From NCBI GenBank assembly GCA_038087875.1, contig CM076001.1, positions 188,001 through 252,000 of the forward strand: a stretch of DNA of 64,000 bases, given 5' to 3'. This DNA is from Malacoraja senta. Lineage: Eukaryota. This document shows positions 25,689-38,882 of this stretch, piece by piece; within the stretch, counting starts at the first letter, position 1; each line of letters opens with the position of its first letter. The position numbers and the translations under genes were made by a program. The notes below the pieces were generated by a model. It was given only the letters and a program-made list of their open reading frames with translations. It did no database searches and had not been told where the DNA came from.

Positions 25689-26299
25689 CACCCGTGCCAA
25701 GGAATAGATGAAATGTTATACTCTGAAATGTACGAATATATCTCGAATGAAGTTTTTTATCGTAGTAAATTATTCCATTCTTCTTTATTATCTTTTTTCT
25801 ATATTTTTTTAAAATATTTTTTTATTTTTTTATTTTATTTATTTATTTATTTATTTATTTTTCTTCTCTTTTTTCTCTCTTTCTTTATTTCATCTATATC
25901 TTTTTAGTTCTATTTAGTTTTTTTTTAAAGAAAAAAGTATTGGAGACATTGTAATAATAATGGACGATATTAGTAATTTAAAAATGTAAGACTGGTATCG
26001 ATTTTAATATGATATGTATCTACCTCCAATAAAAAATAATTTCAAAAAAAAAAAAAAAAGAGATGCTGCCTATCTTGCTGAGTTACTCCAGCATTTTGTG
26101 TCTATCTTCGGTGTAAACCAGCATCTGCAGTTCCTTCCTACACATGTCTGTTTCGATACTGTTGTGGGGGGATGACAGTATCAAAACAGACATGGCATCA
26201 GGAAGAGCAGCAGCCGGGTCTATGGCACTGAACCTGGCTCTGAGTGGTGTTGTGCTTTTTCAAAAATTTTGGCACTGCACTCGTACAAGCTAGTGAAAA

Positions 26300-26515
26300 T
26301 TATTCTATCTCACTTCCGACCTGAAGATGGTATAAAGGCCTTGAGGTATTAGGAAGATAGTGACTTGGCACAAAATACCCAGCGTCTGGCCTGTTTTTGT
26401 AGCCACGGTATATATGTGGCTGATCCAGTTGCGTTTCTTGCCAATGATGACCCTCAGAGTATTGATGATGGGGGGCTTGGAACTTGGGGCAGGTAAAGCC
26501 ATTAACTGCCAACTG
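26300..26515 (-). mobile_element. Old CR1/L2-group LINE RT C-terminal remnant
   Basis: INTLRVII..NWISHIYTVATKTGQTLGIL..QGLYTIFRSEVR. Confidence 0.6.
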
Positions 26516-27328
26516 TGCATCAGTGAGCAAATTAATAAAGTGAGCAAAGAAAATGCAACATGGTAGCACTGCTTACAACAGTTTCCCTCACTTTGATGAT
26601 GATCGTGGGAAGTGGATTGTTAATTTACATCAGGGGTTGGCAACCTTTTCTGCCAAGGGGCCAGGACATATGTCTGTGAGCGGATGGAGGGCGACATCTG
26701 TCACGTGTACACATGGATTCAGCCCCCATCCCGCCCTGGATGGCAGGCATCAAATCATGTGTTCACATAGATCCCGCCCCTTCGAGGACGCCAAGGGGCT
26801 CTCAGTTATTTCTCTGACTATGTATGAAGTGCATTGAGTTGGTTGTAGACCAGATTCTGTGATGGTGGGGATCTGAGGAGGAAGCTGGGATGGATCACCT
26901 ATGTGACACACCTAGCTGAGCATGGGGTGAATGCTTCAGCCTTTTCTTCAGCACTCACCTGCTAGGCCCTCTGTTTTTGAGGATGGAGATGTAGTTGGAA
27001 CCTTCTCAGCTCATGAGCTATTTAATGGACCACCCACCGCCCCTCATGATCGGATGTGGTTGGAGTGCAGATCTTTTAAATGATCCATTGATTGTGGAAT
27101 TGATTATCTCTTTTTGTACCTGTGCATTTTTGTTGTTTAGCATCCGTTTAGTCCTGCATTGCAGCGTCACTCAGGGGGCACCTCACCTTGTGACTGTGCC
27201 AGCCCTGGCACATGGATCCAGGATTGATCCTTTTGTCTTTGTGTCTCTGGATTGTTAGGCAGATCTGTAGGTTACCGGTCTGGTAAATTAAACGCTACAC
27301 CACTACTGCACTTTCAATCTAACAATAA

Positions 27329-27750
27329 AGGGCCAGTCTTACTTAGGCGCTTTTTTTAGGCGACTACAGACGACTAGGCTGTCGCCACATGGTCGCCCGA
27401 GTGTTGCCTATATGGTTGTGAGTAGTCTCCTCAGTCGCCCAAAGAGTCGTAGCGTCTTTCTGGTCCCCGCTGGATTTTCAACATGTTGAAACATTTTCGG
27501 AGACAGTCGGCGACAGTGGGTTTGACGCCCATGAGCGTAGCTTGACTTCTCCTGATGCCACGTTAACGTAGGTTGTCGCCAGGTTAACGTAGGTTGTCGC
27601 CAGGTGAGGTGGGTTATCGCCGGTGCTGACTTTGGGTTTTTTTTGTTGTTAAAGTAATGATTCTATTTCAAATTTTATGTCAAAGAGGGGTCCAGTCGCC
27701 GTTTTTTCGGCGACCTGCTACGACTATGAATAGCCTGTGGGACAGGCCCT
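27329..27750. mobile_element. Harbinger-type MITE
   Basis: Termini AGGGCCAGTCTTAC / GTGGGACAGGCCCT, TAA / GAA flanks, internal GTCGCC repeats and a 21-bp tandem duplication. Confidence 0.75.
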
Positions 27751-28415
27751 GAAGAAGGAACATTGCAATTTCTGTCTGCGGAAGTCTACATTGGAAGAGA
27801 TGAATTTGTTGCCAATTCAGGAGAAGAGAAAGAAAAGGAAGAAATGGAAATAAAAGATTTGAAAGAAAAAAGGACAGAACTAGAAAGGTTCAGTTATTCT
27901 AAAACATAATAGAAAAATCACCACCAACTGAATGAATGAGATTCTGCACGCAACATCATCTTTCAACATGAAAGCTTGATTGGCTAGAATTAATATTTCA
28001 TATATTTCTACAAGACTTGAAATTAGCTTAGCAACTCCCTGCTGCAGACTTTCACTCAGATAGATGCCTCATTGCAAGCTGCTGTGTTCATGAAACTAGT
28101 TGTGGCCACACACTTCGATAGCAGCTTCTTCATTTCCACTTTTAATTGTGCATCTGCCTCCATGCAAGATTACGTGGACACATGCACGCACACTCCTGGA
28201 AGCATTTAATCAAACTATTGAATTAAATAAAACATTCTTCACTTCTTTTTCCCCAGCCACTGACTTCCCCCCAGTATTACACTGGGCTCGGACTGACTCA
28301 GCCTGTCAAAAACCCAATTAAGGCTCTGCTGAGACACTTCTCAGCTAGAAGGTTGGGAAGCTTGGAGAAGATGGCTTATTTATCTGCTGGATGTCAGCAA
28401 TATGTTTATTCAGGT

Positions 28416-28604
28416 CAGACACAAAATGCTGGAGCAACTCAGCGGGACAGGCTTTGAGTCCTGAAAAGCGCTATATAAATAAAATCTGTTATTATTATTA
28501 TTATCTCTGGAAAGAAGAAATGGGTGACGTTTCGGGTGGAGATGCTTCTTCTGACTGAGAGTCAAGGGAGAGAGAGACACGGAGATATAGAAGGGTAAGG
28601 AGTG
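28416..28604 (-). repeat. Penelope-like hammerhead repeat containing an L2-type 3' tail (~28452-28503)
   Basis: GACACAAAATGCTGGAG..GGGTGACGTTTCGGGT, interrupted by CTTTGAG..AAAGCGCTATATAAAT..(TTA)n. Confidence 0.7.
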
Positions 28605-30906
28605 TGTAATGTCTTCCTTAAGACCTTGTTATGACTAGCACAATGAATACACGTCCGACATCTTGTAGGAAAAGTTTAATCTGCAATTACTGAAACTTCC
28701 AGAAGGTAACTTGACCTCAGTCACAAGGCACAGGTATATTTGCCAGCTTCTTCTTTTGACCTCAAGGGGCACTGGCATTTACATTACATATTACATTACA
28801 TGTACATCACATCTCCCCCTTCACTTTAATTGCATCACATCTCCCCCTTCACTTTAATTACATCACATCTCCCCCTTCACTTTAATTACATCACATCTCC
28901 CCATAATATCCACATAAGGATTTACAATAGACTCAATTAAGAGTGCTGTTGTTTTTCACTTTAACCTCAAACTCTAGAAACTCTAACAAAGGGCCTGTCT
29001 CGTTGCCTTTTGCTGTGACTGGGAGACTGGCTCCTGCCTCTCGCTGCATCTCGGCGCATCGTGTCTTCTGGGAACTTGCCCCTTCTGGGAGGCTATTTAT
29101 GGCTTCTGGGAGACTGGCTCCTCTGTCCAGGTTTCTCACTTCTGGGAGACTGGCTCCTCTGTCTAGGTTTCTCACAACTGGGCATCTGGCTACAGGTGGC
29201 CTATCCACGGCTACACAGGGGTCTATCCCGGGCTACACAGGGGTCTATCCACGGCTACACAGGGGTCTATTCTGGAGTAGACGTCTCTATCCTGAACTTA
29301 CTCTCCACCTGGTCTCGTAGAATTGCTCCATCTAGGAAGCGGACTCCCCCTTCAAACAAAAACATTTAGACAGTCAATACTAAACAGTCAATACAAACTA
29401 TTTTCGTTCTTTCAATTTCTTGCATAATAACTCTTGGCTTCATAACTTTTACTTCTTCACTTCTTAACTTTTAATTCTTTGCATTTGAATTTTCTGCAAA
29501 TTTCTGTACTTCTTGGCTTCTTAACTATTACTTCTCTGCATTTGTCCCTTAGTGTCTTTCAACTGTTGCTCGGGTCGTGCTGCGCACTCCGCAGGGCTCC
29601 TTGAATCTCTTGAACATGGCGGCGGCGGCTGTTATTGCCGCGCAGACGCGGGCTCCGATCTTTGGGCGCGGGTGATGGTCCGGGTCAGCGTGGTGGCGGC
29701 CATTACTCCCTCTGGGAGAGGCTTTCGATTCCTCTGGCCATCACGGAAGGCGACCTTCTCTCCGTCTCCCGCTGCTCCGCCCATTGCTGGCTCCACAGCC
29801 CGCCTGGCTGCTGCTGGACCCCGCTGCTCTGCTTGTCGCTGGCTCCACGGCCCGCCTGGCTGCTGCTAGGCCCCACTGCTCCGCCCGTCGGGACTGTGTT
29901 CCGCCGGCGGCGGCTGGCGAAGTGCTGTGTCCCGCTTCTCTCGCGGTCGAGTCCGTTTCTCTCGCGGTCGGACCCTCTCTTCGCTCGGCCGGAATTTGTC
30001 TCACGTCCGGGCTGACTCCGCACGCGGCCGTCTCTCGCGACCGGGCTTTCTCACATGGCCGGTCCGCTTCTCTCGTGCGGCCGGCTTTCTCACTTGGCCG
30101 GTCCGCTTCTCTCTCGCGACCGGTATTTCTCTCTCGGCCGGTCCGCTTCCCTCGCGCGGCCGGGCTTTCTCACTCGGCTGGTCCGCTTCTCTTGCGCGGC
30201 CGGGCTTTTTCTGCTCACAGCCGGGCTGACTCTGCTCCTGGCCGGCTGGAGACTCGGTTGTCATCGGTGGCGGTCGCCGGATCTGTCCGTGGGATGCACG
30301 GTACTAGGCCCTCACTCGACGTCGGTGGCGGCTACTGGTCCTGGCCATGAACTACACGGCCCTGGAACTCACCCGAAGTTGGTGGCAGCTGTACAGCCTT
30401 GGAAAATGGTCCAGGTACGTTGACACTGTCGCTGTCCTGCTGGTTAGGCTTCTAGCTTCCAGCTGTGCTCTCCTGCGACACTTATTGCCCCACTTGTTTT
30501 CCTTGCGCTCTTGCTTCCCGTTCCGACTTTTCTTTTTCTTTTTCTTCTTTTTCGGCTCACAGTCACTCATGCTTCTTCTTCTTCTTGCATGGAGAGTGGT
30601 CCCGGAGGCTTGAGTCCCTCCATTTTTTTTTTACTCTGACACCATGTAATGTCTTCCTTAAGACCTTGTTGTGACTAGCACAATGAATACACGTCCGACA
30701 TCTTGTAGGAAAAGTTTAATCTGGAATTACTGAAACTTCCAGAAGGTCACTTGACCTCAGTCATGAGGCACAAGTACATTTGCCAGCTTCTGCTTTTGGC
30801 CTCAAGGAGCACTGGCATTTATATTACATATTACATTACATATACATCACATCTCCCCTTCACTTTAATTACATCACAATTGCCCCTTCACTTTAATTAC
30901 ATCACA
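28605..30906 (-). mobile_element. Non-autonomous Gypsy/Mag-derived LTR retrotransposon
   Basis: LTRs 28605-28867 and 30645-30906 (TG..CA), TSD GAGTG, PBS TGGTGTCAGA, PPT GGGGGAGA, gag start remnant MEGLKPPGPLSMQ, GC-rich repetitive interior without RT. Confidence 0.9.
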
Positions 30907-32734
30907 GAGTGTAAATGAGACAATTACAGAGGAGGAGCAGCAAGAGACAATGTTTATATAATTCTGTGTCTGAATATTGACAGATTTTCAGCATCCTACA
31001 TAGACAAGCAATTGTCATAATTCATTCCATGCAAATATCAATACCATTTTAATTATCTGTTTGTTATCAAGCCTTGTTTGTTAACTTTATTTCAATGTGT
31101 GTGATTATCTCCGTTGGTGGGCTGTAAATGAAGGTTGTCATGATTTCAAGCACAGTCATAGAGCCCAACCTGGACTTGTCGTGCTGTGACACGCAGAGGG
31201 AGTGCTGCTTGGTCTAACATTCCACTGCTCATGTAAACCATTAACACAAGGCTCTACCCCCTTGGCAAAGCTTACAGACTACAGTCATTGAACTTGATAC
31301 AATGCTGTTTCAGTGAGAAGCAGCTAGCTGTTCGGACTGCAATTTTCAATGGGGGAAAGTGTAATTTTATAGATACCAATTTTGCTAAATTTTCTGCCGA
31401 CCTTATTTGCATGAAATAGGGAATAACATCAGCAGAAACAATTGGTATCTGAGGAAAGACCAAAACTTGGATCTTAGATCTCTTCTTTCCGGTAGTTTAG
31501 TTTAGTTTAGAGATACAGCGCAGAAACAGACCCATTAGCCCACCGAGTTCATGCGGACTAGCGATCACCCTCAAACTCACACTATTCTACACACAAGGAC
31601 AATTTACAATTATACGAATCCCTACCCTTAAAGTGGAGAAAGAGCATGTGGGGTGCTACTGAGAATCTTAAATCTAAACATCAAGAATGCACAGAGACAC
31701 TCTGCAATTGGTGGAAGGAGGACATCAAAGATCTGTAGTCGCCACATCGGGCTCATCAGTCACCTCAGAATACATCAGTCAAATGTGGAAAGTATTCATT
31801 TGCAGTACTGACAGGCCATATAGAAGAAGACCTCTCGCCTTCATTCACGTGTGCACCAAATGTGGAGATAGATCAGTTCAGCTTAGTTTATTGTCACGTG
31901 TACCGAGCTACAGTGAAAAGCTTTTGTTGTGTGATAACAAGTCAGCGGAAAGACAATACATGATTACAATTGATCCATTTGTAGTGTACAGATACATGAT
32001 AAGGGAGCTCTTTCACACCGGCAGCGTCCTTACCACTATTTGGACTCTTGCATTAATATTTCAGGTTCATTTTATGAGGCAGCTCATACCTGTAGCATAA
32101 TCAGTAAAGATCAGGAACAGTGAGATACAGACAGACAGACAGGGTTAATAAGCAACTCGGTTTCCTGATTTCACAATGCACCCATGCTTGAAGTTTTTTT
32201 CAGACACAAAAGTCTCCTATAGATCGTAAAAACATCCATCTGTTTTGAACATGGCTCTGCAGGCTTTCAAGTGACTCGATGCTTGTGTCATTCACACCTT
32301 TATTAGTTCCATGAATTTTGAGACCTGAGATGTAAGTTGAGAGTCTGGATTCTGACCAGTTCCTGGGCTTTGACTTGGGCTTGTTTTATTTCTACTTTCA
32401 TGAGCTGATTTTAGTCTTTTGGCCAATACTTTGGCGCAATCTACATTATTTCACACCTCTTTGGTATTTGCTGACTGAATTTCCATGAAGCAAAGTCCTT
32501 ATGTGGCATGATGAAAATGGCCTGTGGAAACAGCCTCCTGCTCTCGGTGAAGATCTAACAGGGCAAAATATATACATCAAGATTCCAGTGCATCATCAGA
32601 GCTTCCTTTATCTTATTTAACTCAAGCTCAAGAACTGTGCAGACGGTGATAATGCAGGTTGGTTGCACAAAGTTGCAATGATAACGTGAAAACCAGAGTC
32701 ACAAGATTAACACTGGGTTTGGAGGGGAATTTAA

Positions 32735-33620
32735 AACTAGAGGCCATAGATTTAATGTCAGAGCGGAAAGATTGAAAAGGGACCTGAGGAACAACATTTA
32801 AGTTGGTGGGTATATGGGCTGCCAGAGGAAGCTATAGATGTAGGTGCAGTTACAATGTTTAAAATATATCTACACAGGTATGTGGATTGAAAAGGTTAGA
32901 CTTGTGTGAGCCAAACACAGGCAGGTGATAGAGTCATAGAATCAGGTCCTTTGGCCCAACTTGCCCATGCCAACCATGACACCCCACATACACTAGTTCC
33001 ACCCACCTGCGTTTCCTATCCATGTATTTGTTCATATGTGTTTTAATTGTTGTTTGTTCCTGCCTCAACTACCTCCTCTGGAGCTTGTTCCAGCCACCCA
33101 CCACCATCTGTGTGATAAAGGTGCCCTCAGGTTCCTATTAAACTTTCCCCCTCTCACCTTAAATCTATGTCATCTGGTTCTTGATTTCCATACTCTGGGG
33201 AAAAGATATTGTGCATTCACCCTATCTATTCTCCTTGTGTTCTTGAATGTACAACTGAACATAGTACTCAAAATGTCTTGTACATCTTGAGTAACATCTC
33301 GACTTCTTTACTCAATACCCTGACTGATGAACTCCGATGTACTAAAAACCTTCTTGACTACCCTATCTACCTATGACACTAATTTCAGGAACTATGCACA
33401 TGCACTCCCACATCCCTTTGCTACCCTGGGGAGTAGTTCCTGACCTGGTTTGACTTCCCAAAATGCAACACCTCACATTTATCCTCAGCCCACTTGCCCA
33501 ACTGATCAAAATCCTGTTGTAATTTTTGATAACCATCTTCTCTATCTATGATACCACCCACTTAAGTGTCTTCGGTAAATTTACTAATCATGCCTTTTAC
33601 ATTTGGATCCGAATGCCTAA
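32735..33620. mobile_element. Degenerate CR1 fragments (plus-strand 3' end abutting a minus-strand copy)
   Basis: AAAACTAGAGGCCATAG..GCCAGAGGAAG on plus. CATAGAATC..GGCCCAAC..CTCACCTTAAATCTATG on minus. Confidence 0.65.
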
Positions 33621-33644
33621 ACCAGTACCCTCTTTCTGACTGTG

Positions 33645-34060
33645 AATAAGTTTATTTGCCAAGTATGTACACATACAAGGAATTTGCCTTGGTGCTCCGC
33701 TCACAAGTAACAACATGACATACCGTTAACTATTAAGAATAAAACATAATAGTTATTCAAATTTGTTATTAATAATAAAATACTTTTGCTGCAGCCTCCG
33801 GAAATCGTGCTTGGTGGCTGAGCCAAACCAGACCACGATGGAGAAGCAGAGGACAGACTCTATGATAGCAGTATAGAATTGGACCATTATTGTCTGTGGC
33901 AGATTGTGCTTCCTCAGCGGCCGCAGGAAGTACATCCTCCATTGGGCCTTTTTGACTGTGGAGTCGATTGTGACCCCCCCCCCCCCTCCCCAATTTAAGG
34001 TCCTTGGAGATGATGGTTCCATGGAACTTAAAGGACACCACAGACGTGGTCCTTTAAGTC
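33645..34060 (-). mobile_element. Rex1/Babar LINE 3' fragment
   Basis: VKKAQWRMYFLRPLRKHNL..FYTAIIESVLCFSIVVWFGS (DUF1891-like RT tail). Related 3' ends at ~31876-32005 and ~37262-37510. Confidence 0.75.
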
Positions 34061-34439
34061 CTCCACAGGTGACATGCAAGCAAAGTTCAGTGATCAATCA
34101 TAGAGCAATATCTATTTCTATTCCAGCTGACACGATGGGCCTAGGACGTCCCTACACGAGTTAGTTTCCCTGCAGTACTGGGCCTCTCTACAGTGCTGGA
34201 CCTTCTTAACACAGAACTGGACCTCTTGACAATAGTTCATGTTATTAAGGTTTGGACAATCATAAGGTACTGGGCCTGCCTATGGCAGTGGGTCTAAATA
34301 TAGAAGTGGGCATTCATGCATTACTGGCTGGATACTTTACTGTCATTTGAGATGTTCCCACCATGGTGAACCTTGCCTCATTACTGGACTTTTCTACATT
34401 ATATATTTATCCTTTTCTTGTGCTGCAGGTCAGGCTTGC

Positions 34440-34722
34440 ACAGTGGCGCAGCGGTGGAGTTGCTGCCTTAAAGCGCCCGAGATCTGGGTTCGATCCTGAC
34501 TACAGATGCTTTCTGTTTGGAGTTTGTACATTCTCCCCGTGATCACCTGTTTTTTCTCCGGGTGCTCCGGTTTCCTCCCACACCCCAAAGACGTACAGGT
34601 TTGTAGGTTAATTGGCTTCTGTAAATTGTAAATTGTCCCTAGTGTGTAGGATGGTGCAAGTATATGAGGTGATCGCTGGTCAGTGGGCCGAAGAGACTCT
34701 TTCCACATTGTGTTTCTAAATT
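34440..34722 (+). mobile_element. HE1-like V-SINE
   Basis: A/B boxes, V-domain and CR1-like tail. Confidence 0.85.
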
Positions 34723-35575
34723 CTATAGTTCCTGCAGTTCTTGGACTAATCACAGGTTTCACATTTCCCTGTACAAAGCTAACAATCACATCTAGAACCT
34801 AGAGGGCTTATCCTTTTTAAACATATTAACTTCCACTGCCCCAGGTTATTGATACCACAAGGATAAATTAGCGACTTAAGAATACTAAATATGTTCTCAG
34901 TTATTATCACATAAAGGTGGGCTGTAGATCTGATACCTATATCTTCCTCAGTGGTACCTCCTCCAAACAGATCAGCGGCACTTTACAAGCCTTCATCACC
35001 CTCACTCATCAAGCTTTGCTACTATTTACATATTTCAGTTGCTCGGTCTGCATCCAAGTACAAACATTCCTGTATTCTTTCTACCCCGCACCCTTCCCTG
35101 CGACTTAGAGTGTATTTATTTTCTAGTTTGCCCCCAATTCTGACAAAAAGTTATCAACTTGGAATATTAATTTTGTTTCTCTCTACTTGGATGCTGCCTG
35201 ACCTGCTGACAATATCAATCATTTGCTGTTTTTATTTCAGATGTCCAGCATCTGCAGCTTCTTGCTTTACTAATACCTGTAGTTTTAGATCTAGTGACAT
35301 TGATGACTAGATTACTATTCATCTCCTGATCCTGATATTAACATGTGCAAGATGCAGGACACTGTCCGAGACTTATGTCGCAACTCTGGTCTTTCTCAAC
35401 TGGTGTAAATGGCCAACGGGGTCCAATTTCTCAGAATCGGTTTTGTGGAGAAAATGAATCCAATCTCTTTTGAAAGTACAAACTTTTAGATGCTCCAAAT
35501 TAAAAATGAAAATCCTGGATATACTCAGGAAATCAGGCAATATCTGCGGAAAGAGAAATAGATTTAATGTTTCAA

Positions 35576-35890
35576 GTTTAGTTTAGTTTAGTTTAGAGAT
35601 ACAGCATGGAAACAGGCCCTTCGGCCCACCGAGTCGGCACCGACCAGCGATCCCCGCACATTAACACTACCCTACACACACTAGGGACAATTTTACATTT
35701 ATACCAAGCCAATTAATCTACAAACCTGTACGTCTTTGGAGTGTGGGAGGAAACTGAAGATCCCGGAGAAAACCCACGCGGTCATGGGGAGAACGTACAA
35801 ACTATGTACAGACAGCACCCGTAATCAGGATCGAACCTGGGTCTCTGGTGTTGTATGGCATTAACTCTACCACTACGCACTGTGCTGCCC
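35576..35890 (-). mobile_element. HE1-like V-SINE inserted in an older Penelope-like repeat
   Basis: (TTTAG)n tail and V-domain. Flanks ..GTTTCAAG / CAAGTCC suggest a CAAG duplication. Confidence 0.85.
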
Positions 35891-38344
35891 AAGTCCAGGT
35901 CTTTCCTCGGGACAAGAGAAACAAATTAGTTTTAAGTTGTATAGCGAATGTGGTTAGGTTGGATAGAACAGAGAATATCTCTGATAGAGAGAAGCCCAAT
36001 GTTGCAGTGGCTAGCAAAGCTACAGACGAGGCTTGTCTTCTCACCTTTCCATCTGGTTGGTAGATTAATAAATGAGAATGGAAAGAGAGAAAACAAATAA
36101 GGAAACCTACAACAACTGTGAAATGAAGGTTAGAGCTTTAGCAATTGCCAAGCAGATAAAACATGTCAGAGGAGAAATACTGAGTCAATATAGATAACTA
36201 ACCACAGAAATGGCTGGTTCCAACTCTACCGCTGTGCCACCATGCCACCCAAGGGCCTTAATAAACCCAGGGGTTTAATAAGACTGTTGGGTCTTAATAA
36301 ATACAATATTGAGACCGGAAGATTACAAAATGCCTAAACCTGTAAATCTAATATTTCTCTCTTCCCATTTCAATCTCTCTTAAATTTTGCCAAATGGTGC
36401 TATTACAGAAACAACCAGATTGGTTTCTCAATGGGCCTTGTCAGTGTCAACATTATTAAAACCTTATCCCACGCTCCTGAGTCACGATAACCTTCTTCAA
36501 GTAATTGAAGATCTGTTCTTCATTGCAGATTCATCATGCGTTTCCATAGTTACCACACAGCTAAGCAATCACATATGTACACACAGCAGTTTCCCAATAT
36601 CAATCCATGTGCGTCACCTGATAAAAACCATCCTTCTGTTTACAGGTGATCTCCCAAAGGATCATGGAGTTCAGAGATCTTGATTTATCTAATTTCTTCA
36701 GTCCTAATGTCTCTGCTCGGGTAGATTTATCAAATACAACTTTCTTAACATAGATATACATATGGGCAAGAACATATCATTTCAAGAGAAAATTATCAAT
36801 GACTACATTTAACTACACTTTCCTGGACTTTATAATAATGTATTTAAGCATGCACCCAGACATTAGTCCAATCAACTGGCTAATGATCTTAGACCCTATC
36901 TTCCAGCTGCTATTTTGAAATATTCTCAAACACAATATAAATACTTGTTTTTAACACATGAATCTGGGAGGAACCTTTCTTTTGACTAGTTGATGTTCAT
37001 AGTCCTTGTGCTGTGAACTGATTTCTTAAGCTGCTTTGAAGTTATCGTGCAAAGGCATATTTCCAGCTTCAGCCTCTGTATAAATTGTGTAATGAGTATT
37101 TTAATTTGATTGAAGCTTGCCATGATATCAAATTTTGGTGAAGAGTGTTCACATCTTTTCCTATTTGTGGACTGTTCTGTTCAGCATGATGCACCCAGGT
37201 GTCAGCTCATAAGTAGCAGCCCTGATCAGAAGTCTGTGAGACTTGCCCTGAGCCTAGAGTAAGAATCAAGAGTCAAGAGTGTTTTATTGTCATATGTCCC
37301 AGATAGGACAATGAAATTCTTACTTGCTGCAGCACAATACAATATGTAAACATAGTACATAACGGGAGAAGAAAAAAAGTTCAGTGTGTGTTTACACATG
37401 CACACATAGTCAATAAATAACAAATATAGTGCAATAATAATAATAATGGTCTGTTGCAGTTCAGAGCTCATTTGTTATCATGTTTAATAGCCTGATGGCT
37501 GTAGGGAACTAGAACTGATCAGGACTAGAACTGTAGTGTGGTATGAAGGGGAGTAGCATTACCAACGGTGTTACCCACTCATTAAGCCAATAAACCATCT
37601 TCCCATCGGCCATCTTGCATGGAGGTAAAAGACCGCTCATCTTCTCCATGGTGTTCATTCCTGCAATGCCATTTATTCATTCCACAACCAGTTCTTCTGC
37701 GGGAAATTTCAGTGAAGCTGCAGCACTGCCAGCAACTTTGAGATTCCCATACCTACACGTGACAGATTGATTCTTAAGCAGTGTTTTTCACTTGGCATTT
37801 ACTAAGAGTATAGTTGACTTATTAGCTGGGGCATAGAATACAAGAGCTAGTCGGTTGAGGCACAAATATTTCTAACAAATAGTTCTAACAAATACTATGC
37901 TTTGGCTATCATGCACTTAAAAATATCAGACTCCGTACCCTTGCACTAAACAGGCATGACGCTAACTATCCCGTTGTTATGTCTTTATACCAACATTTTG
38001 ATGATATTAAGATCTGGCGCAGTTACTTTCTTCCTCAGATTCAGCTGCAACCTCCTGATAATCTTAACCATCTCTCTTTCACAAACACAAGTCTTCTGGT
38101 AACTGACACTCGTGAAGTTTTTTTCTGGTATATCAATGGATTCCATCTCATGAGGTGATGATATATATACCCCGAGAAGAATTTGTGTGTTCATATTGTT
38201 CTTTGAAGAGAATGTAAATCTTTTATAAGCATTTTTCTGATGATTTACACGGTTAGATAATCACAACAAATATTAATTCGGGGTCCTGTCTTGCAGTGGG
38301 CAGTGTAGAGTGAATGAAGGATATCAATCCCTTCCTTATCTCTA

Positions 38345-38475
38345 GACCTCTCTCCCCTGACTCTGTCAGAAAAAAGGTCTCGACCCGAAACATCACCCAT
38401 TCCTTCTCTCCAGAGATGCTGCCTGTCCCGCTGAGTTACTCCAGCATTTGGTGCATATCTTCAGTATTTACCAGC
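38345..38475 (+). repeat. Penelope-like hammerhead repeat
   Basis: GGTCTCGACCCGAAACATCACCCATTCCTTCTCTCCAGAGATGCTGCC. Confidence 0.75.
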
Positions 38476-38597
38476 AAGGTTTAGTCAAACGGTGGTTTTA
38501 GGAAGTGAGGAAGGTTTAAGTTCAATAAACTAATGACCTTTGGACAGGTAATCATTGCTGTAAATCTTATTTTCTTTTATTCTACCAGATTGTACCA

Positions 38598-38882
38598 CTG
38601 TGGTGGCGCAGCAGTAGAGTTGCTGCCTTACAGCGCCTGAGACCCAGGATCGATCCTAACTATTGGGTGTTGACTGTAAGGAGTTTGTACATCTCCGCAA
38701 GGGTTTTCCCTGGGTGCTCCGGTTTCCTCCAACACTCCAAAGACGTTTAGGTTTGTTGGTTAATTGGCATTGGTAGAAATTATAATTTATCCCTAGTGTT
38801 TAGAATGTACGGGGATCACGTGTTGGCGGGAACTTGGTTGACCGAAGGGCCTTTCTGCGCTGTATCTCTAAACAACTAAACA
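38598..38882 (+). mobile_element. HE1-like V-SINE
   Basis: TGGCGCAGCAGTAGAGTTGCTGCC head, V-domain and tail. Confidence 0.82.

Larger units (their letters stand above)
19703..26059 (+). mobile_element. Near full-length fish-type L1 LINE
   Basis: GGGAC.. 5' end, ORF1, ~1 kb AT-rich spacer, ORF2, AATAAA and poly-A. Lies inside a hammerhead repeat (19672-19702 / 26060-26143). Confidence 0.95.

Noticed and set aside
29552..30674. Overlapping Arg/Ala-rich ORFs on both strands
   Set aside because: A by-product of GC-rich low-complexity sequence inside a non-autonomous LTR element, with no recognisable domains.
37985..38194. 69-aa minus-strand ORF as host exon
   Set aside because: No recognisable homology and only weak splice signals.
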